Origin: an uncultured delta proteobacterium
Lineage (GTDB): Bacteria > Myxococcota_A > Polyangia > Haliangiales > Haliangiaceae
DNA length: 64,000 bases
Assembly: GCA_963848295.1 (NCBI GenBank)
Contig: CAWKDB010000010.1
Coordinates: forward strand, 1,440,001-1,504,000
Direction of reading: 5' to 3'
Under the pieces are notes generated by a model. It did not search any database, was not told where the DNA came from, and saw only the letters and a list, made by a program, of their open reading frames with translations. A program made the translations under genes and the position numbers. Shown in pieces: positions 10,177 to 20,645 of this stretch; within the stretch, counting starts at the first letter, position 1, and each line of letters starts with the position of its first letter.

Positions 10177-11483
10177 AGCTTGACCTCGACCGACAGCGTC
10201 GCGATGTTGTTGCTACCGCTGCCGCGAAAGTTCGTCGGCGGTGACGTGATCGAATCGGTCACGGTCGGAATCTCGTACCAGTAGTGGATGTAGCTCGCGC
10301 CGAGCCGCCAGCGACCGAACGAGTAGCGCACGCCGGAGTGCAGCCCCCAGTGCGTGAACGACGGCGTCTGGAACGACACGGTCTCGCTCGGCGCCGGCGA
10401 ATAGTCGTATTGCAACCCCGCCATGAGATCGACCTTCGGCAGCGCCGCGAGGTCGTGCACGCGCAGGCCACCCGAGGCTTCCCACGAGTCGTGATAGTCC
10501 TTCGGCGAGTCGAGCGAGCGCAGCAAGAAGATCCCGACGATGTCGGTATGTTGCTCCTGGAGCTGGCGATACAGCCAGTAGCGGCCCTCGGCGCCGAGCT
10601 CGATCTGGGGCGTGACGTCGAAGTTCGCGCCGACATACAGCGCCCACGGCAGGAGCTCCTTCGTCGTCTGCTGGCCTTGCAACGTGTCGCCCGGCGTCGG
10701 CGCGTCGTCGCTGTACGTCACCTTGATCGGGCCGGTCAGCGTCGCGTCGATCTTGCCGACGAGCGACGCCCCCCACGTCAGCCGCGGAATCGGATGGCCG
10801 AACACGCCGAGCTGCCACGTCGGTGCCCACCCGCTCGCATCGAGCTCGAGCAGCGGCGAGCTGCCGACGAGCGAGCTGATGTCCTGGCCGTTGACGATCG
10901 GGAACACGTTCTCTTTGCCGTGGATGCGAATGTTGACGACACCCGCGGTCGCACCGAATGCGAGCGTATCGGTGACCTTGTATGCGGCGCCGATCACGAC
11001 CTGCGGCGCGACGACGTAGCCGTCGATCAGGTGATAGCGGGTGACCGCGGTCGACGAGAACGCCGCACCGGTCGCGTTGCCCACGAACGCCGCGACGCCG
11101 CCGTACAGCTTGTGGCGCCAGATCGGACCGACCGCGGCGACCATCGGGATCACGCCGTACGCGCGCGTCGGCTTGACCGCGTTGTAGTAGCCGTCGGCGC
11201 CCGCGGTGACGCCGAGAAACTTGTCGCTCTGGTCCCACGAGTGCAACTGGAACTTGGTGTCGAGCAACGAGCCGCCGAGCGAGATGTAGAGCTGCCACTC
11301 GTCGGCGAGCACGAGCCCGGCGGGGTTGTGATACATCGCCGACGGATCGTCGGGACGGCCGACGATCGCGCCCATCCCGGTTCGCCGTACGCCGACTTCG
11401 GGGATCCCGAAGCCGCCGCCGAGCGCCGGCGCGCTGAGGGCGAGCCCGAGCGCGGCAGATACAGCGAGCGACGCGCGGAGCAT
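10173..11483 (-). CDS. FadL/OmpP1-family outer membrane transport protein
   Basis: Signal peptide, GMGA..DDPSAMYHNPAGL N-terminal motif, beta-barrel-like pattern. Confidence 0.85.
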   Translation of the reverse strand: MLRASLAVSAALGLALSAPALGGGFGIPEVGVRRTGMGAIVGRPDDPSAMYHNPAGLVLADEWQLYISLGGSLLDTKFQLHSWDQSDKFLGVTAGADGYYNAVKPTRAYGVIPMVAAVGPIWRHKLYGGVAAFVGNATGAAFSSTAVTRYHLIDGYVVAPQVVIGAAYKVTDTLAFGATAGVVNIRIHGKENVFPIVNGQDISSLVGSSPLLELDASGWAPTWQLGVFGHPIPRLTWGASLVGKIDATLTGPIKVTYSDDAPTPGDTLQGQQTTKELLPWALYVGANFDVTPQIELGAEGRYWLYRQLQEQHTDIVGIFLLRSLDSPKDYHDSWEASGGLRVHDLAALPKVDLMAGLQYDYSPAPSETVSFQTPSFTHWGLHSGVRYSFGRWRLGASYIHYWYEIPTVTDSITSPPTNFRGSGSNNIATLSVEVKL

Positions 11484-11543
11484 CCTTAGGCAGGTAGCGC
11501 GCCGAGGCCGTCGTCGTCCAGCGCGATCCGACGCTGTCGTTAT

Positions 11544-12362
11544 CTATTCGCCGCGCAGGGCGTCTTGGACGGCGCTCGGCGACGGTAACCGTGCATCGCG
11601 GAACGCGCGGGCCATCGCGATCGGGCTGCCGTAACCGACGAGCCGCGCCACTTCAGCGACGGTCGCTTCGGGCGCGGACAGCATCAGCGCCGCGACGCGC
11701 AGCCGCAGCACGAGCAACACCTCGCGATAACCGCTGCCTAACCCAAACGTCGCGACGAGCTCCTTCGCGTCGCGTCCGACCTGGCGCATCGACATCCCGA
11801 GGCTCGCCGCGATCTGCTTGATCGACGTCGTCGCGCCGTTCGCCTGGTAGAGCGGCTGGAGCGCCTCCCACAACCGGCGAAATGGCTCGGGCTCCTCGCG
11901 GCACAAGGTCGCCGCGACATCGTCGATCACGCCGGCGCCGGCAAGCGCGCCGATCTGCTCGCGCAACCGCCCGATGTCGTGCGGCTGATCGACCATCCCC
12001 TGCGCCGCCTGCCAGCACGCCGGCGGCAACGCGAGCGGGCCATGCTCGATCCCGATCGGGCGCTTGACGTTGATCTTGTGAAACCGCATCTGGGTCACGA
12101 TGACCTTCGGACCGTCGGTGCGAAACGTTCGCGACTTCGCGCCGACCCGCTCGATCTCTTCGTCGCGCAACATGAACGCGACCGGCGCGTCGATCGCCGG
12201 GCCCTGATCCGGGCGCCACCGCCCCGCCGCGAGCATGAACACGTAGCCGACCTGATCTGGCCTGCCAGGCTCGGCCGCGCCGAACCGGGTATCGAACGTC
12301 AACGAATCGCGAACGACGACCGTCGCGCGCACCGCTCGCTCGAGCAGCAACGTGGACCGCAT
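11544..12362 (-). CDS. AraC-family transcriptional regulator
   Basis: C-terminal double HTH (IKQIAASLGMS; VAEVARLVGYGSPIAMARAF); start chosen to avoid overlap with NUDIX gene. Confidence 0.8.
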   Translation of the reverse strand: MRSTLLLERAVRATVVVRDSLTFDTRFGAAEPGRPDQVGYVFMLAAGRWRPDQGPAIDAPVAFMLRDEEIERVGAKSRTFRTDGPKVIVTQMRFHKINVKRPIGIEHGPLALPPACWQAAQGMVDQPHDIGRLREQIGALAGAGVIDDVAATLCREEPEPFRRLWEALQPLYQANGATTSIKQIAASLGMSMRQVGRDAKELVATFGLGSGYREVLLVLRLRVAALMLSAPEATVAEVARLVGYGSPIAMARAFRDARLPSPSAVQDALRGE

Positions 12363-12426
12363 CTTCGCGGCTCCGATCTGCAGTTCGCTTGTCGCCACCA
12401 GCACGTCGACGGTCGTAGAGTACGCC

Positions 12427-12999
12427 ATGGCCGACCTCGAGTGGCGACTCGGTGCGCGCTTGCCGGGTCACGATTACGGGATCTTCAAGACCGCGTTCGT
12501 CGAGGCCGAGCATCCCCGCGGCGGCGCGGCGAAGCGGTTCTCGCTGATCGAATGCGGCGACTGGGTCAACATCATCGCGTTGACCCCTATCGATCGCGTG
12601 GTCGCGCTGCGCCAGTTTCGCCCCGGCACGCGCCAGGTCTGCCTCGAGATTCCCGGCGGCATGGTCGATCCCGGCGAGGACCCGCGCGCCGCGGCGGAGC
12701 GCGAGCTGCTCGAAGAGACCGGGTACACCTCGACCCACTGGCGCCGGCTCGGGGCGGTCGCGCCAAACCCGGCGATCTTCAACAACCACTTGCACTGCTA
12801 CCTCGCGCTCGACGCGCGACCGACTCACGCGGCGCAACCGGACGGCGGCGAGGTCCTCGACGTGTTCACGCTGCCGCTGTTCGACATCCAGGCGAAGCTG
12901 CGCTCGGGCGAGCTCGATCACGCGCTCGTCGTCGCGGCGTTCGGCCTGCTCGCGCTCGAGCTGTGCGAGCTCAAGCGCCCCGCGCCGCGAGGCCCGTGA
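12427..12999 (+). CDS. NUDIX hydrolase (ADP-ribose pyrophosphatase-like)
   Basis: Nudix box GGMVDPGEDPRAAAERELLEETG; RQFRP. Confidence 0.92.
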   Translation: MADLEWRLGARLPGHDYGIFKTAFVEAEHPRGGAAKRFSLIECGDWVNIIALTPIDRVVALRQFRPGTRQVCLEIPGGMVDPGEDPRAAAERELLEETGYTSTHWRRLGAVAPNPAIFNNHLHCYLALDARPTHAAQPDGGEVLDVFTLPLFDIQAKLRSGELDHALVVAAFGLLALELCELKRPAPRGP

Positions 13000-13039
13000 C
13001 GGCTCGCCAAACCGGCCGATTCGTGCTGATCATCGCGCC

Positions 13040-13276
13040 ATGCCGACCAAGACTTCGTGCCCCGTTTCGCTCGCGCACTTCCTCGAGAAGGCCGAGCCGC
13101 TGAAGGTGACGATCAACGGTCAAGAGATGCTCGCCGAGGTCAAGCAGTTCTCGACCGGCAGCTTCGGCTGGTACATGAACGGCAAGACCGTCGTGTCGAT
13201 CGACGGCAAGGCGATCTCGGTGCAGATCGGCATGAACATGACCGTCGTCGGTAGCAAAGACGCGGCGCGCGAGTAA
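13040..13276 (+). CDS. Small hypothetical protein
   Basis: 78 aa, normal codon usage, beta-rich, FSTGSFGWY motif. Confidence 0.7.
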   Translation: MPTKTSCPVSLAHFLEKAEPLKVTINGQEMLAEVKQFSTGSFGWYMNGKTVVSIDGKAISVQIGMNMTVVGSKDAARE

Positions 13277-14431
13277 CTACGGCGCTTGCGTGCAGATCGG
13301 CAGCGACGTCGCGAACGTATCGCGCGTCGCGGTATCGCCGTTGACGAGCTGGGCCGCGGCGTTCCAGCCCCAGCAGCGGATCGTCGAGGTGCTCGCCTCG
13401 ACGCCGCAGTAGTGATGCCCGCCCATCCAGAACTGCGCGAAGCCGATGCCGGTGGCGACCGCGGTCGGCACGCCGACGTTGACGTCCGCGCCGGCGCTGT
13501 CGACGACCTGGAGGCCATAGTCGTCGCCGCCCCAACACAGCACGTCGCCGCTCGACTTCATCGCACACGTGTGGTGCCACCGGCTCGTCAGCGACGTCCA
13601 GTCGGTGTCGGGCGCGATCTGCGCCGGCACGCCGCCGCTGTCGGCGAATCCCGTCCCGGTGTACGCGTTATCGCCCCAACACCAGATCGTGTGGTCGGTC
13701 TTCATCGCGCACCCGAACACGTCGCCGACCGTCGCGCTCGACCAATCGGTCGCCGCGCCGACCTGCACGGGCGCCGCGACCACCGTGCCGTCGGTGAGGG
13801 GCTGGCCGAGGCAGTTGTCGAAGCTCGTGCCGTAGCACCACAGCGTATGGTCGGAGCGCACGCCGCAGAAGATGCCGTTGCCGGCCGCGAAATTCAGCCA
13901 CGAGCCGGAGAGGCTCTGGCCATCGCACGCGGCGACACCAGTGGTGTTATCGACGGCACACCAGTGGAACGTATCGGCCGAGTAGGTCGTGGGCGGTGGG
14001 CCTGCAAGGTCGAGCGCCGGCGCGTTGTCATCGCTCCATTGATAGACATCACCGCCGTGGAGCCCGAAGTTGACCGTGTAGCCGAGGACGAGCGCACTCC
14101 AGCCATCGTCGCCGGCGATCCGCCGCGGATAGAAGGGCGGGACGTTCGTCGGGATACCCTCGCCGGCGTCTTCACCGATGCACCATCGGCTGTCCTGATC
14201 GCCGAGGAAGCACGTCGAGCGATGGCCGAGCGCGAGATCCCCAACGGGTTCCTTCGCACAGACGTCGTTCGCGCAGCGCTCGCACAGCTCGCAATCGGTA
14301 TCCGCCGCGCACACGCGGGGCGAGGCGTCGATCGCGCCCGCATCGCCGCGGCCGCCACCACCGCCATCGCCCGACTCGTGGAAATCGAGCCGCCCACAAC
14401 TCGCGGCGCCTAGCGCGACCAGCCACGGCAT
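13277..14431 (-). CDS. RCC1/BLIP-II repeat lipoprotein
   Basis: Lipobox ASCG; repeated HTC..S.G.V.CWG units. Confidence 0.8.
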   Translation of the reverse strand: MPWLVALGAASCGRLDFHESGDGGGGGRGDAGAIDASPRVCAADTDCELCERCANDVCAKEPVGDLALGHRSTCFLGDQDSRWCIGEDAGEGIPTNVPPFYPRRIAGDDGWSALVLGYTVNFGLHGGDVYQWSDDNAPALDLAGPPPTTYSADTFHWCAVDNTTGVAACDGQSLSGSWLNFAAGNGIFCGVRSDHTLWCYGTSFDNCLGQPLTDGTVVAAPVQVGAATDWSSATVGDVFGCAMKTDHTIWCWGDNAYTGTGFADSGGVPAQIAPDTDWTSLTSRWHHTCAMKSSGDVLCWGGDDYGLQVVDSAGADVNVGVPTAVATGIGFAQFWMGGHHYCGVEASTSTIRCWGWNAAAQLVNGDTATRDTFATSLPICTQAP

Positions 14432-14465
14432 CGTTCGAGACACGAGTCCATGATACGTCTCCCGC

Positions 14466-15866
14466 GTGTCCGTCACACGCATCTCTCAGGTGTTTGCCGG
14501 TGCCGCCGCGGTCGGATCCAAGCTGACGATCGAAGGCTGGATCCGCACGCGCCGCGACTCGAAGGCCGGCCTGTCGTTCCTCGCGATCCACGACGGGAGC
14601 TGTCACGACGCGCTGCAGGTCGTCGCGCCCGCCGAGCTCGCGAACTATCAGACCGACGTCATGCGGATCACGACCGGCTGCGCGGTGCGCGCGACCGGTG
14701 AGCTCGTCGCTTCGCAGGGCAAGGGCCAGGCGGTCGAGCTGCGCGCCGACACGATCGAGGTCGTCGGCTGGGTCGACGATCCGGATCATTATCCGATGCA
14801 GCCGAAGCGCCACACGATGGAGTACCTGCGCGAGGTCGCGCATCTTCGGCCGCGCACGAACATCATCGGTGCGGTCACCCGCGTGCGCCACACGCTCGCG
14901 ATGGCGGTCCACCGGTTCTTCGACGAGCACGGCTTCTTCTGGATCCACACGCCGATCATCACCGCGTCGGACGCCGAGGGCGCCGGCCAGATGTTCAAGG
15001 TGTCGACGCTCGACTTCGCGAACCTACCGCGCACCGCCGATGGCAAGATCGACTACGACAAGGACTTCTTCGGGCGCGAGACCCGGCTGACCGTGTCGGG
15101 CCAGCTCAACGTCGAGACCTACTGCATGGCGTTGAGCCGGGTCTACACGTTCGGGCCGACGTTCCGCGCCGAGAACTCGAACACGCGGCGCCACCTCGCC
15201 GAGTTCTGGATGATCGAGCCGGAGATCGCGTTCGCCGATCTCGCGGCCGACGCCGATCTCGCCGAGGCGTTCCTCAAGTTCATCTTCAAGACGCTGCTCG
15301 ACGAACGCAAAGACGACATGGCGTTCTTCGAGAAGTTCGTCGACAAGGAGTGCATCCAGCGGCTGACCGCGATGGTCGAGGCGAAGTTCGCGCGGATCGA
15401 CTACACCGACGCGATCAAAGAGCTGGAAAAGTCCGGCGAGAAGTTCGAGTTCCCCGTGAAGTGGGGGATCGACATGCAGAGCGAGCACGAAAAGTTCCTC
15501 ACCGAGAAGGTCGTGAAGGGCCCGGTCGCGGTGATCAACTACCCGAAGGACATCAAGGCGTTCTACATGCGGCAAAACGCCGACGGCAAGACGGTCGCCG
15601 CGATGGACGTGCTCGCGCCCGGCATCGGCGAGATCATCGGCGGGAGCCAGCGCGAGGAGCGGCTCGAGATGCTCGACGCGCGCATCACCGAGATGGGCCT
15701 GCACGTGAAGGACTACTGGTGGTATCGCGATCTGCGCCGATATGGCACCGTGCCGCATGCCGGCTTCGGCCTGGGATTCGAGCGTGCGATCCTGTACGCG
15801 ACCGGGATCGAGAACATCCGCGACGTCATTCCGTTCCCTCGCGCGCCGCGCCAGGCCGAGTTTTGA
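14466..15866 (+). CDS. asnS: Asparagine--tRNA ligase
   Basis: GWIRTRR OB fold, [36 protein letters not shown]. Confidence 0.97.
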   Translation: MSVTRISQVFAGAAAVGSKLTIEGWIRTRRDSKAGLSFLAIHDGSCHDALQVVAPAELANYQTDVMRITTGCAVRATGELVASQGKGQAVELRADTIEVVGWVDDPDHYPMQPKRHTMEYLREVAHLRPRTNIIGAVTRVRHTLAMAVHRFFDEHGFFWIHTPIITASDAEGAGQMFKVSTLDFANLPRTADGKIDYDKDFFGRETRLTVSGQLNVETYCMALSRVYTFGPTFRAENSNTRRHLAEFWMIEPEIAFADLAADADLAEAFLKFIFKTLLDERKDDMAFFEKFVDKECIQRLTAMVEAKFARIDYTDAIKELEKSGEKFEFPVKWGIDMQSEHEKFLTEKVVKGPVAVINYPKDIKAFYMRQNADGKTVAAMDVLAPGIGEIIGGSQREERLEMLDARITEMGLHVKDYWWYRDLRRYGTVPHAGFGLGFERAILYATGIENIRDVIPFPRAPRQAEF

Positions 15867-16417
15867 TCACGACCGCGACCGATTGGGTGCTCGACGTCGA
15901 GCGCGCCTACGCGGCGGCGTACAAGCAGCCGGTGACGACGCGCGGCCCGGCGTCGCTGCGCGCGCTCGCCGCCGCCGGCGCGGTCGCGTCGCGCTATCTC
16001 GCGGTCGGTACGCCGCGCAGCTTCGCGCTCGTCGGCGACGATCCAGCGATCGCGATCTCGCTCGAAGCGCATCGCGCATGGTTCGAGCCCCGCGACCTGC
16101 GCTGCACCTCGGAGCCAGTCGCGGCCGCGGTCGGTGGTCGGGTCGTCTCGCTTGCCGAGGCGCTCGCGGCCGATATCGTGTGCGTGCACGAACCGATGCA
16201 GCTGGTCGCGAGCGCGCTGCGCCGCGGCACGCACGTCAACGCGCTCGCTCGGTGCAAGCTCGACGACGATCTCGAGCACGTCGCGAAGCTATTCGACGAA
16301 CCGCGCGGCTTGCCGGCACTCGCCGCGGGCATCGTCGACGGCCGCGAGCTCGACGAGCTCACGCTGTTCGAAGCGGGCGACGCTGCGGTCGCGGCCGCGT
16401 GTCTCAGCGCCCGTTGA
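15863..16417 (+). CDS. Short ornithine cyclodeaminase/mu-crystallin-like protein
   Basis: TTG start overlapping asnS stop; [29 protein letters not shown]...DELTLF resemble the OCD C-terminal half. Confidence 0.6.
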   Translation: MITTATDWVLDVERAYAAAYKQPVTTRGPASLRALAAAGAVASRYLAVGTPRSFALVGDDPAIAISLEAHRAWFEPRDLRCTSEPVAAAVGGRVVSLAEALAADIVCVHEPMQLVASALRRGTHVNALARCKLDDDLEHVAKLFDEPRGLPALAAGIVDGRELDELTLFEAGDAAVAAACLSAR

Positions 16418-16766
16418 GACGAAGCCAGGCTTCGAGCCGTGCGGCGTAGACCAGATCGAGCATCGTGATCGCCTGCACGTCGTGCGTGTTGATCTTCAGC
16501 GTCAGGCCGGCGTACTCGAGCGTGATCGTCGGATGGTGATCGAGCTCGTCGGCGAGCTTCGCCGCCGCGTCGACGACCTTGGCGTGCTTCGCCATCGGGC
16601 CACCTTTGAGCTCGAGCTTGAGCTCGGTGCCGGTGTTGGTCCAATGGGGACCGAGCGTGCCGAGCTCGGCAGCGAGCTGCTCCGGCTTGAGCGCGACGCG
16701 GCTCGTGGTCTGGTTCGCGAGGCCGTCGAGACTGAGGATGGCGGGTGTGCGGTCGTCGTCCGACAA
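16404..16766 (-). CDS. Pterin-4a-carbinolamine dehydratase
   Basis: DHHP..and THD..IT.LD...A signature. Confidence 0.85.
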   Translation of the reverse strand: MSDDDRTPAILSLDGLANQTTSRVALKPEQLAAELGTLGPHWTNTGTELKLELKGGPMAKHAKVVDAAAKLADELDHHPTITLEYAGLTLKINTHDVQAITMLDLVYAARLEAWLRLNGR

Positions 16767-16776
16767 GCCGGCTAGC

Positions 16777-17799
16777 CTACCACTGGGCCTGGCTCGACTT
16801 GATGAAGTCGTACGGGTAGCCGAGCTCGAACGCCGACGCCGTATCGAGGAGCTCGACCTGCTTCGCCGACAGCTCGAGGTCGGCGGCGGCGAGGTTCGCG
16901 TCGAGCTGCTCGACCGTGCGCGCGCCGAAGATCACCGAGGTCACTTGCGGCTTCGCGAGCAACCACGCGAGGCTGACCGCGGCCGGCGTCGTGCCGAGCT
17001 CCTTGGCGAGCCCGCGCACCGCGTCGAGGATCTTCCAGTTGCGGTCGTTGTCGTAGCGCGTGATCCGATCTTTGTTGCCGAGCCGCGTGCTCGCATCGGC
17101 CGCCTTGCCGCGCTCGAACTTGCCGGTGAGAAATCCGCCCGCGAGCGGCGACCACGGCAGGATGCCCAGCCCGGTCTCGCGACACAGCGAGACGTGCTCG
17201 CGTTCGAGGTCGCGCACGACCAGGCTGTACTGCGCCTGCAACGTCACGTACGGCGCGAGGTGCTCGGCCTTTGCGAGCATGATGCTGTGCATCAACCGAT
17301 AGGCCGCGTAGTTCGAGCAGCCGATGTAGAGCACCTTGCCGGCGCGGATGAGGTCATCGAGAGCGCGCAGCGTCTCGTCCTCGGGCACCGTGATGTCCTG
17401 CATGTGGATCTGATAGAGGTCGATGCGATCGGTGCGCAGCCGGCGCAGCGAATCGTCGCAGCACTTGCGGATGCGATAGCGCGACGCGCCGGTGCGGTTC
17501 GGGCCCTCGCCCATCGTGAAGCGAAACTTGGTCGCGAGCACGATCTGATCGCGCACGCCGCGCGCGGTCAGCCAGTTGCCGAGCACGCGCTCGGACAGGC
17601 CGTCCTGACCGTAGACGTCGGCGGTGTCGATGAAGTTGATGCCCGCGGCGAAGGCTTGATCGAGCACCACGTGCGCGGTCGCCTCGTCCGAGCCGGCCTC
17701 GTGCATGAACGACTTGTCGTCGGCCTCGCCGAACGTCATGCCGCCAAGGCACAGCGCCGAGACCTTGACGCCTGCCACGCCGAGATTGCGATATTTCAT
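16777..17799 (-). CDS. Aldo/keto reductase
   Basis: LCLGGMTFG, FIDTADVY, ATKF, IDLYQIH, PWSPLAGGFLTGK. Confidence 0.95.
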   Translation of the reverse strand: MKYRNLGVAGVKVSALCLGGMTFGEADDKSFMHEAGSDEATAHVVLDQAFAAGINFIDTADVYGQDGLSERVLGNWLTARGVRDQIVLATKFRFTMGEGPNRTGASRYRIRKCCDDSLRRLRTDRIDLYQIHMQDITVPEDETLRALDDLIRAGKVLYIGCSNYAAYRLMHSIMLAKAEHLAPYVTLQAQYSLVVRDLEREHVSLCRETGLGILPWSPLAGGFLTGKFERGKAADASTRLGNKDRITRYDNDRNWKILDAVRGLAKELGTTPAAVSLAWLLAKPQVTSVIFGARTVEQLDANLAAADLELSAKQVELLDTASAFELGYPYDFIKSSQAQW

Positions 17800-17826
17800 T
17801 CGCCGCAGCCTAGCGCCGGAATTGGT

Positions 17827-17955
17827 GACGCTGTCTCTTTTGTCACTTTGCCCTTGGAACCAAAGTGACAATAGAGACAGCGTCCCCACAACTTGTTGTG
17901 TGTTTCCGCTGGGCTGCGAGGCGAGCGTTGGTTGACAATAGCGACAGCGTCCCCA
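17827..17955. repeat. 24-bp-arm inverted repeat plus a third direct copy of the right arm (REP-like or operator)
   Basis: GACGCTGTCTCTTTTGTCACTTTG-10 nt-CAAAGTGACAATAGAGACAGCGTC (17827-17884); TGACAATAG[A/C]GACAGCGTCCCCA at 17866-17888 and 17933-17955. Confidence 0.85.
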
Positions 17956-17969
17956 TTTGCTGGTAAGGA

Positions 17970-18857
17970 ATGGCGATGTCCACGGCTGTAGACGCGGCTC
18001 GCGCCAAGGGTTGGCGCCACGTCTACTTCAACGCGCTCACGATTCCTTTTTGGGGGGTGCACATCCTGGCGATCGTCGGCTTGGCGATCACGGGATTCTC
18101 GTGGTTCGGCGTCGCGATCTGCGCCGCGCTCTACGTGCCGCGCATGATCCTCGTGACCGGGGTCTACCACCGCTACTTCTCGCACCACAGCTTCAAGACG
18201 TCGCGCTGGTTCCAGTTCGTGCTCGCGCTCGGCGCGACGATGACCGCGCAAAAAGGAGTGCTGTGGTGGGCCGCGCATCACCGCATCCATCACAAGCTGT
18301 CCGACATGCCGGGCGACCTTCACTCGGTCAAGCAGTCCGGGTTCTGGTGGTCGCACATGGGCTGGATCCTCGCGCGCGATCTCGAAGGCACCGACCTGTC
18401 GAAGATTCGCGACTTCTCGAAGTACCCCGAGCTCGTGTGGCTCGATCGTTATTGGTTCGCCCCAGCGGTCGCGGCCGGCGTGATCACGTTTCTGATCGGC
18501 GGGTTCTTCGCGTTGATCTGGGCGTTCGCGCTGTGCCAGGTGCTGTGCTGGCACGGCACGTTCACGATCAACTCGCTGTCTCACCTGTGGGGCGGGCGGC
18601 GCTACGCTACCGACGATGACTCCCGCAACAACCCGGTGCTCGCGATGATCACGATGGGCGAAGGCTGGCACAACAACCATCACCACTATCAAGTCTCGGC
18701 GCGCCAAGGCTTCTTCTGGTGGGAGGTCGACATCACGTACTACACGCTGCGCGCGCTGTCCGCGGTCGGCTTGATCTGGGACCTGCACGGGGTGCCCGCT
18801 CACATCCGCACGCAGGACCCGGCGCCCGATCCGGAGCTTCTAGATACCGCCGCGTAA
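17970..18857 (+). CDS. Acyl-CoA (delta-9-type) fatty acid desaturase
   Basis: His boxes HRYFSH, HRIHH, GEGWHNNHH. Confidence 0.95.
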   Translation: MAMSTAVDAARAKGWRHVYFNALTIPFWGVHILAIVGLAITGFSWFGVAICAALYVPRMILVTGVYHRYFSHHSFKTSRWFQFVLALGATMTAQKGVLWWAAHHRIHHKLSDMPGDLHSVKQSGFWWSHMGWILARDLEGTDLSKIRDFSKYPELVWLDRYWFAPAVAAGVITFLIGGFFALIWAFALCQVLCWHGTFTINSLSHLWGGRRYATDDDSRNNPVLAMITMGEGWHNNHHHYQVSARQGFFWWEVDITYYTLRALSAVGLIWDLHGVPAHIRTQDPAPDPELLDTAA

Positions 18858-18877
18858 CGGGGTAGAGTTCTCGGGCA

Positions 18878-19843
18878 TTGCGTTTCCCGCCCGCCAACGT
18901 CCAGCTCCGCCGCGCCCAGCTCGTGCTGATGCTCGCGGTGCTGATTCCGACCGTGCTGATGACCGCGGTCGGCATCTTGCTGCTCGTGCTCGGCGCGGGA
19001 ACCGGTACCACCGTCCTGTCGGGAGTGCTCGTGCTGACGTTTTGCACGAGCGGCATCACAGGCTACGTGCTCGTGTCGATCTTCGTCGGCAAGGGCGCGT
19101 CGCTCGCGCGGGTTCAAAACGACTTCGTCTCGAACGTGTCGCACGAGCTGCGGACGCCGGTGACGTCGATCCGCCTGTTACTCGAATCGCTGCGCGACAA
19201 CCGGCTCGCCGACTCCGACCGCGTCCAGGTCCTGTCGCTGCTCGCGCGCGAGACCGATCGGCTCGAACAGCTCGTCGGCCGCGTCCTCGAGCTCAGCCGG
19301 CTCGAAGCGCGCCACGTCTTTGCCCGCGAAGCGGTCGATGTCGCCGAGCTCGTCACGGAGTCGCAGGCGGCCTTCGATGCGGTGACGCTGACCACGCCGA
19401 CGACCATCAAGGTGACGCTCGAGCCCGGCCTGGTCGTACGCGGTGATCGCTCCGCACTGATCCGCGCGGTGCTCAACCTCCTGACGAACGCGTGGAAGTA
19501 CACCGGCGATGACAAGCAGATCGCGATCGAAGGTCGCACCGCCGGGCGCTGGATCGAGCTGATCGTGCGCGACAACGGCCGAGGTATCGCGCGGGACGAG
19601 CAACGCGCGATCTACGAACAGTTCAGCCGCGGACGAGCCGCGATCGATAGCGGCGTCCCGGGGTTCGGTCTCGGCCTCGCGTTCGTCCGGGCGATCGTGC
19701 GAGGCCATCGCGGCAAGATCGACCTGCGGTCCGAGCCCGGCCACACCGAATTCCGGATGCGGCTGCGCAAGTTTCACGAGCGCGGCGAAGCGCGAGCGCG
19801 GTCCACGGCGACCCGCACGATGTCCGAGCGAGCCATGCCATGA
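18878..19843 (+). CDS. Membrane sensor histidine kinase
   Basis: Two TM helices, VSHELRTP, NLLTNAWKY, DNGRGI, GFGLGL. Confidence 0.93.
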   Translation: MRFPPANVQLRRAQLVLMLAVLIPTVLMTAVGILLLVLGAGTGTTVLSGVLVLTFCTSGITGYVLVSIFVGKGASLARVQNDFVSNVSHELRTPVTSIRLLLESLRDNRLADSDRVQVLSLLARETDRLEQLVGRVLELSRLEARHVFAREAVDVAELVTESQAAFDAVTLTTPTTIKVTLEPGLVVRGDRSALIRAVLNLLTNAWKYTGDDKQIAIEGRTAGRWIELIVRDNGRGIARDEQRAIYEQFSRGRAAIDSGVPGFGLGLAFVRAIVRGHRGKIDLRSEPGHTEFRMRLRKFHERGEARARSTATRTMSERAMP

Positions 19844-20541
19844 CCGAACGGATCTTGATCGTCGAGGACGACGAAGCCATCGCGACCGGATTGTCTCTTA
19901 ACCTGAAGCTCGCCGGGCGTGCGGCGGTGATCGCCCGCGACGGCGACGAAGCGCTGCGCCTCACCGACGCCGAAGAGTTCGCGCTGATCTTGCTCGACAT
20001 CAACCTGCCGAAGCTGAACGGGCTCGAAGTGCTCGCCGCACTCCGCGCTTCCGACAGCCTCGTGCCCGTGATCGTGCTGTCCGCGCGCGACGGCGAGTTC
20101 GACAAGGTCGCCGCGCTGCGGCTCGGCGCCGACGACTACGTCACCAAGCCGTTCGCGCTGGCCGAGCTGCTCGCTCGGATCGACGCGGTGTTGCGCCGGG
20201 TCCAACCGGTGCTGACCACCCCGATCACCGTGCCGCCGCCGAGTGGCGCGCTCGGGTTTGACGACGTCGCGATCGATCTCGCGCAGCGGGTCGTTACCCG
20301 CGCCGGCGTCGAGATCAAGCTGACCCACCTCGAGTTCGAGCTCCTCGTGTTCTTCGTCCGCCACGCGAGCCAGGTGTTCAGCCGCGCGCAGCTGTTCCAG
20401 CTCGTCTGGGGTCAATCGGCGGGCACGGTCCGCACGGTCGATAACTTCGTCGGCCAGCTGCGCAAGCGGTTCGAGCGCGAGCCCGATCGGCCGGCTCACT
20501 TCATCACGGTGCGCGGCTCGGGCTACCGGTTCGATCCCTGA
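19840..20541 (+). CDS. OmpR/PhoB-family response regulator
   Basis: ILIVEDD, LLDINLP, GADDYVTKPF, winged-helix TVRGSGYRF. Confidence 0.95.
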   Translation: MTERILIVEDDEAIATGLSLNLKLAGRAAVIARDGDEALRLTDAEEFALILLDINLPKLNGLEVLAALRASDSLVPVIVLSARDGEFDKVAALRLGADDYVTKPFALAELLARIDAVLRRVQPVLTTPITVPPPSGALGFDDVAIDLAQRVVTRAGVEIKLTHLEFELLVFFVRHASQVFSRAQLFQLVWGQSAGTVRTVDNFVGQLRKRFEREPDRPAHFITVRGSGYRFDP

Positions 20542-20645
20542 CATCGCTGTCGCGAACCGCCGGCAAACGCTGGTTCATTTGCCACTAACCCCGCGGATCT
20601 GCGTAGCGAGGCCGTGGCACGTCGGGTGCTTTTTGGCGGCGTAAT

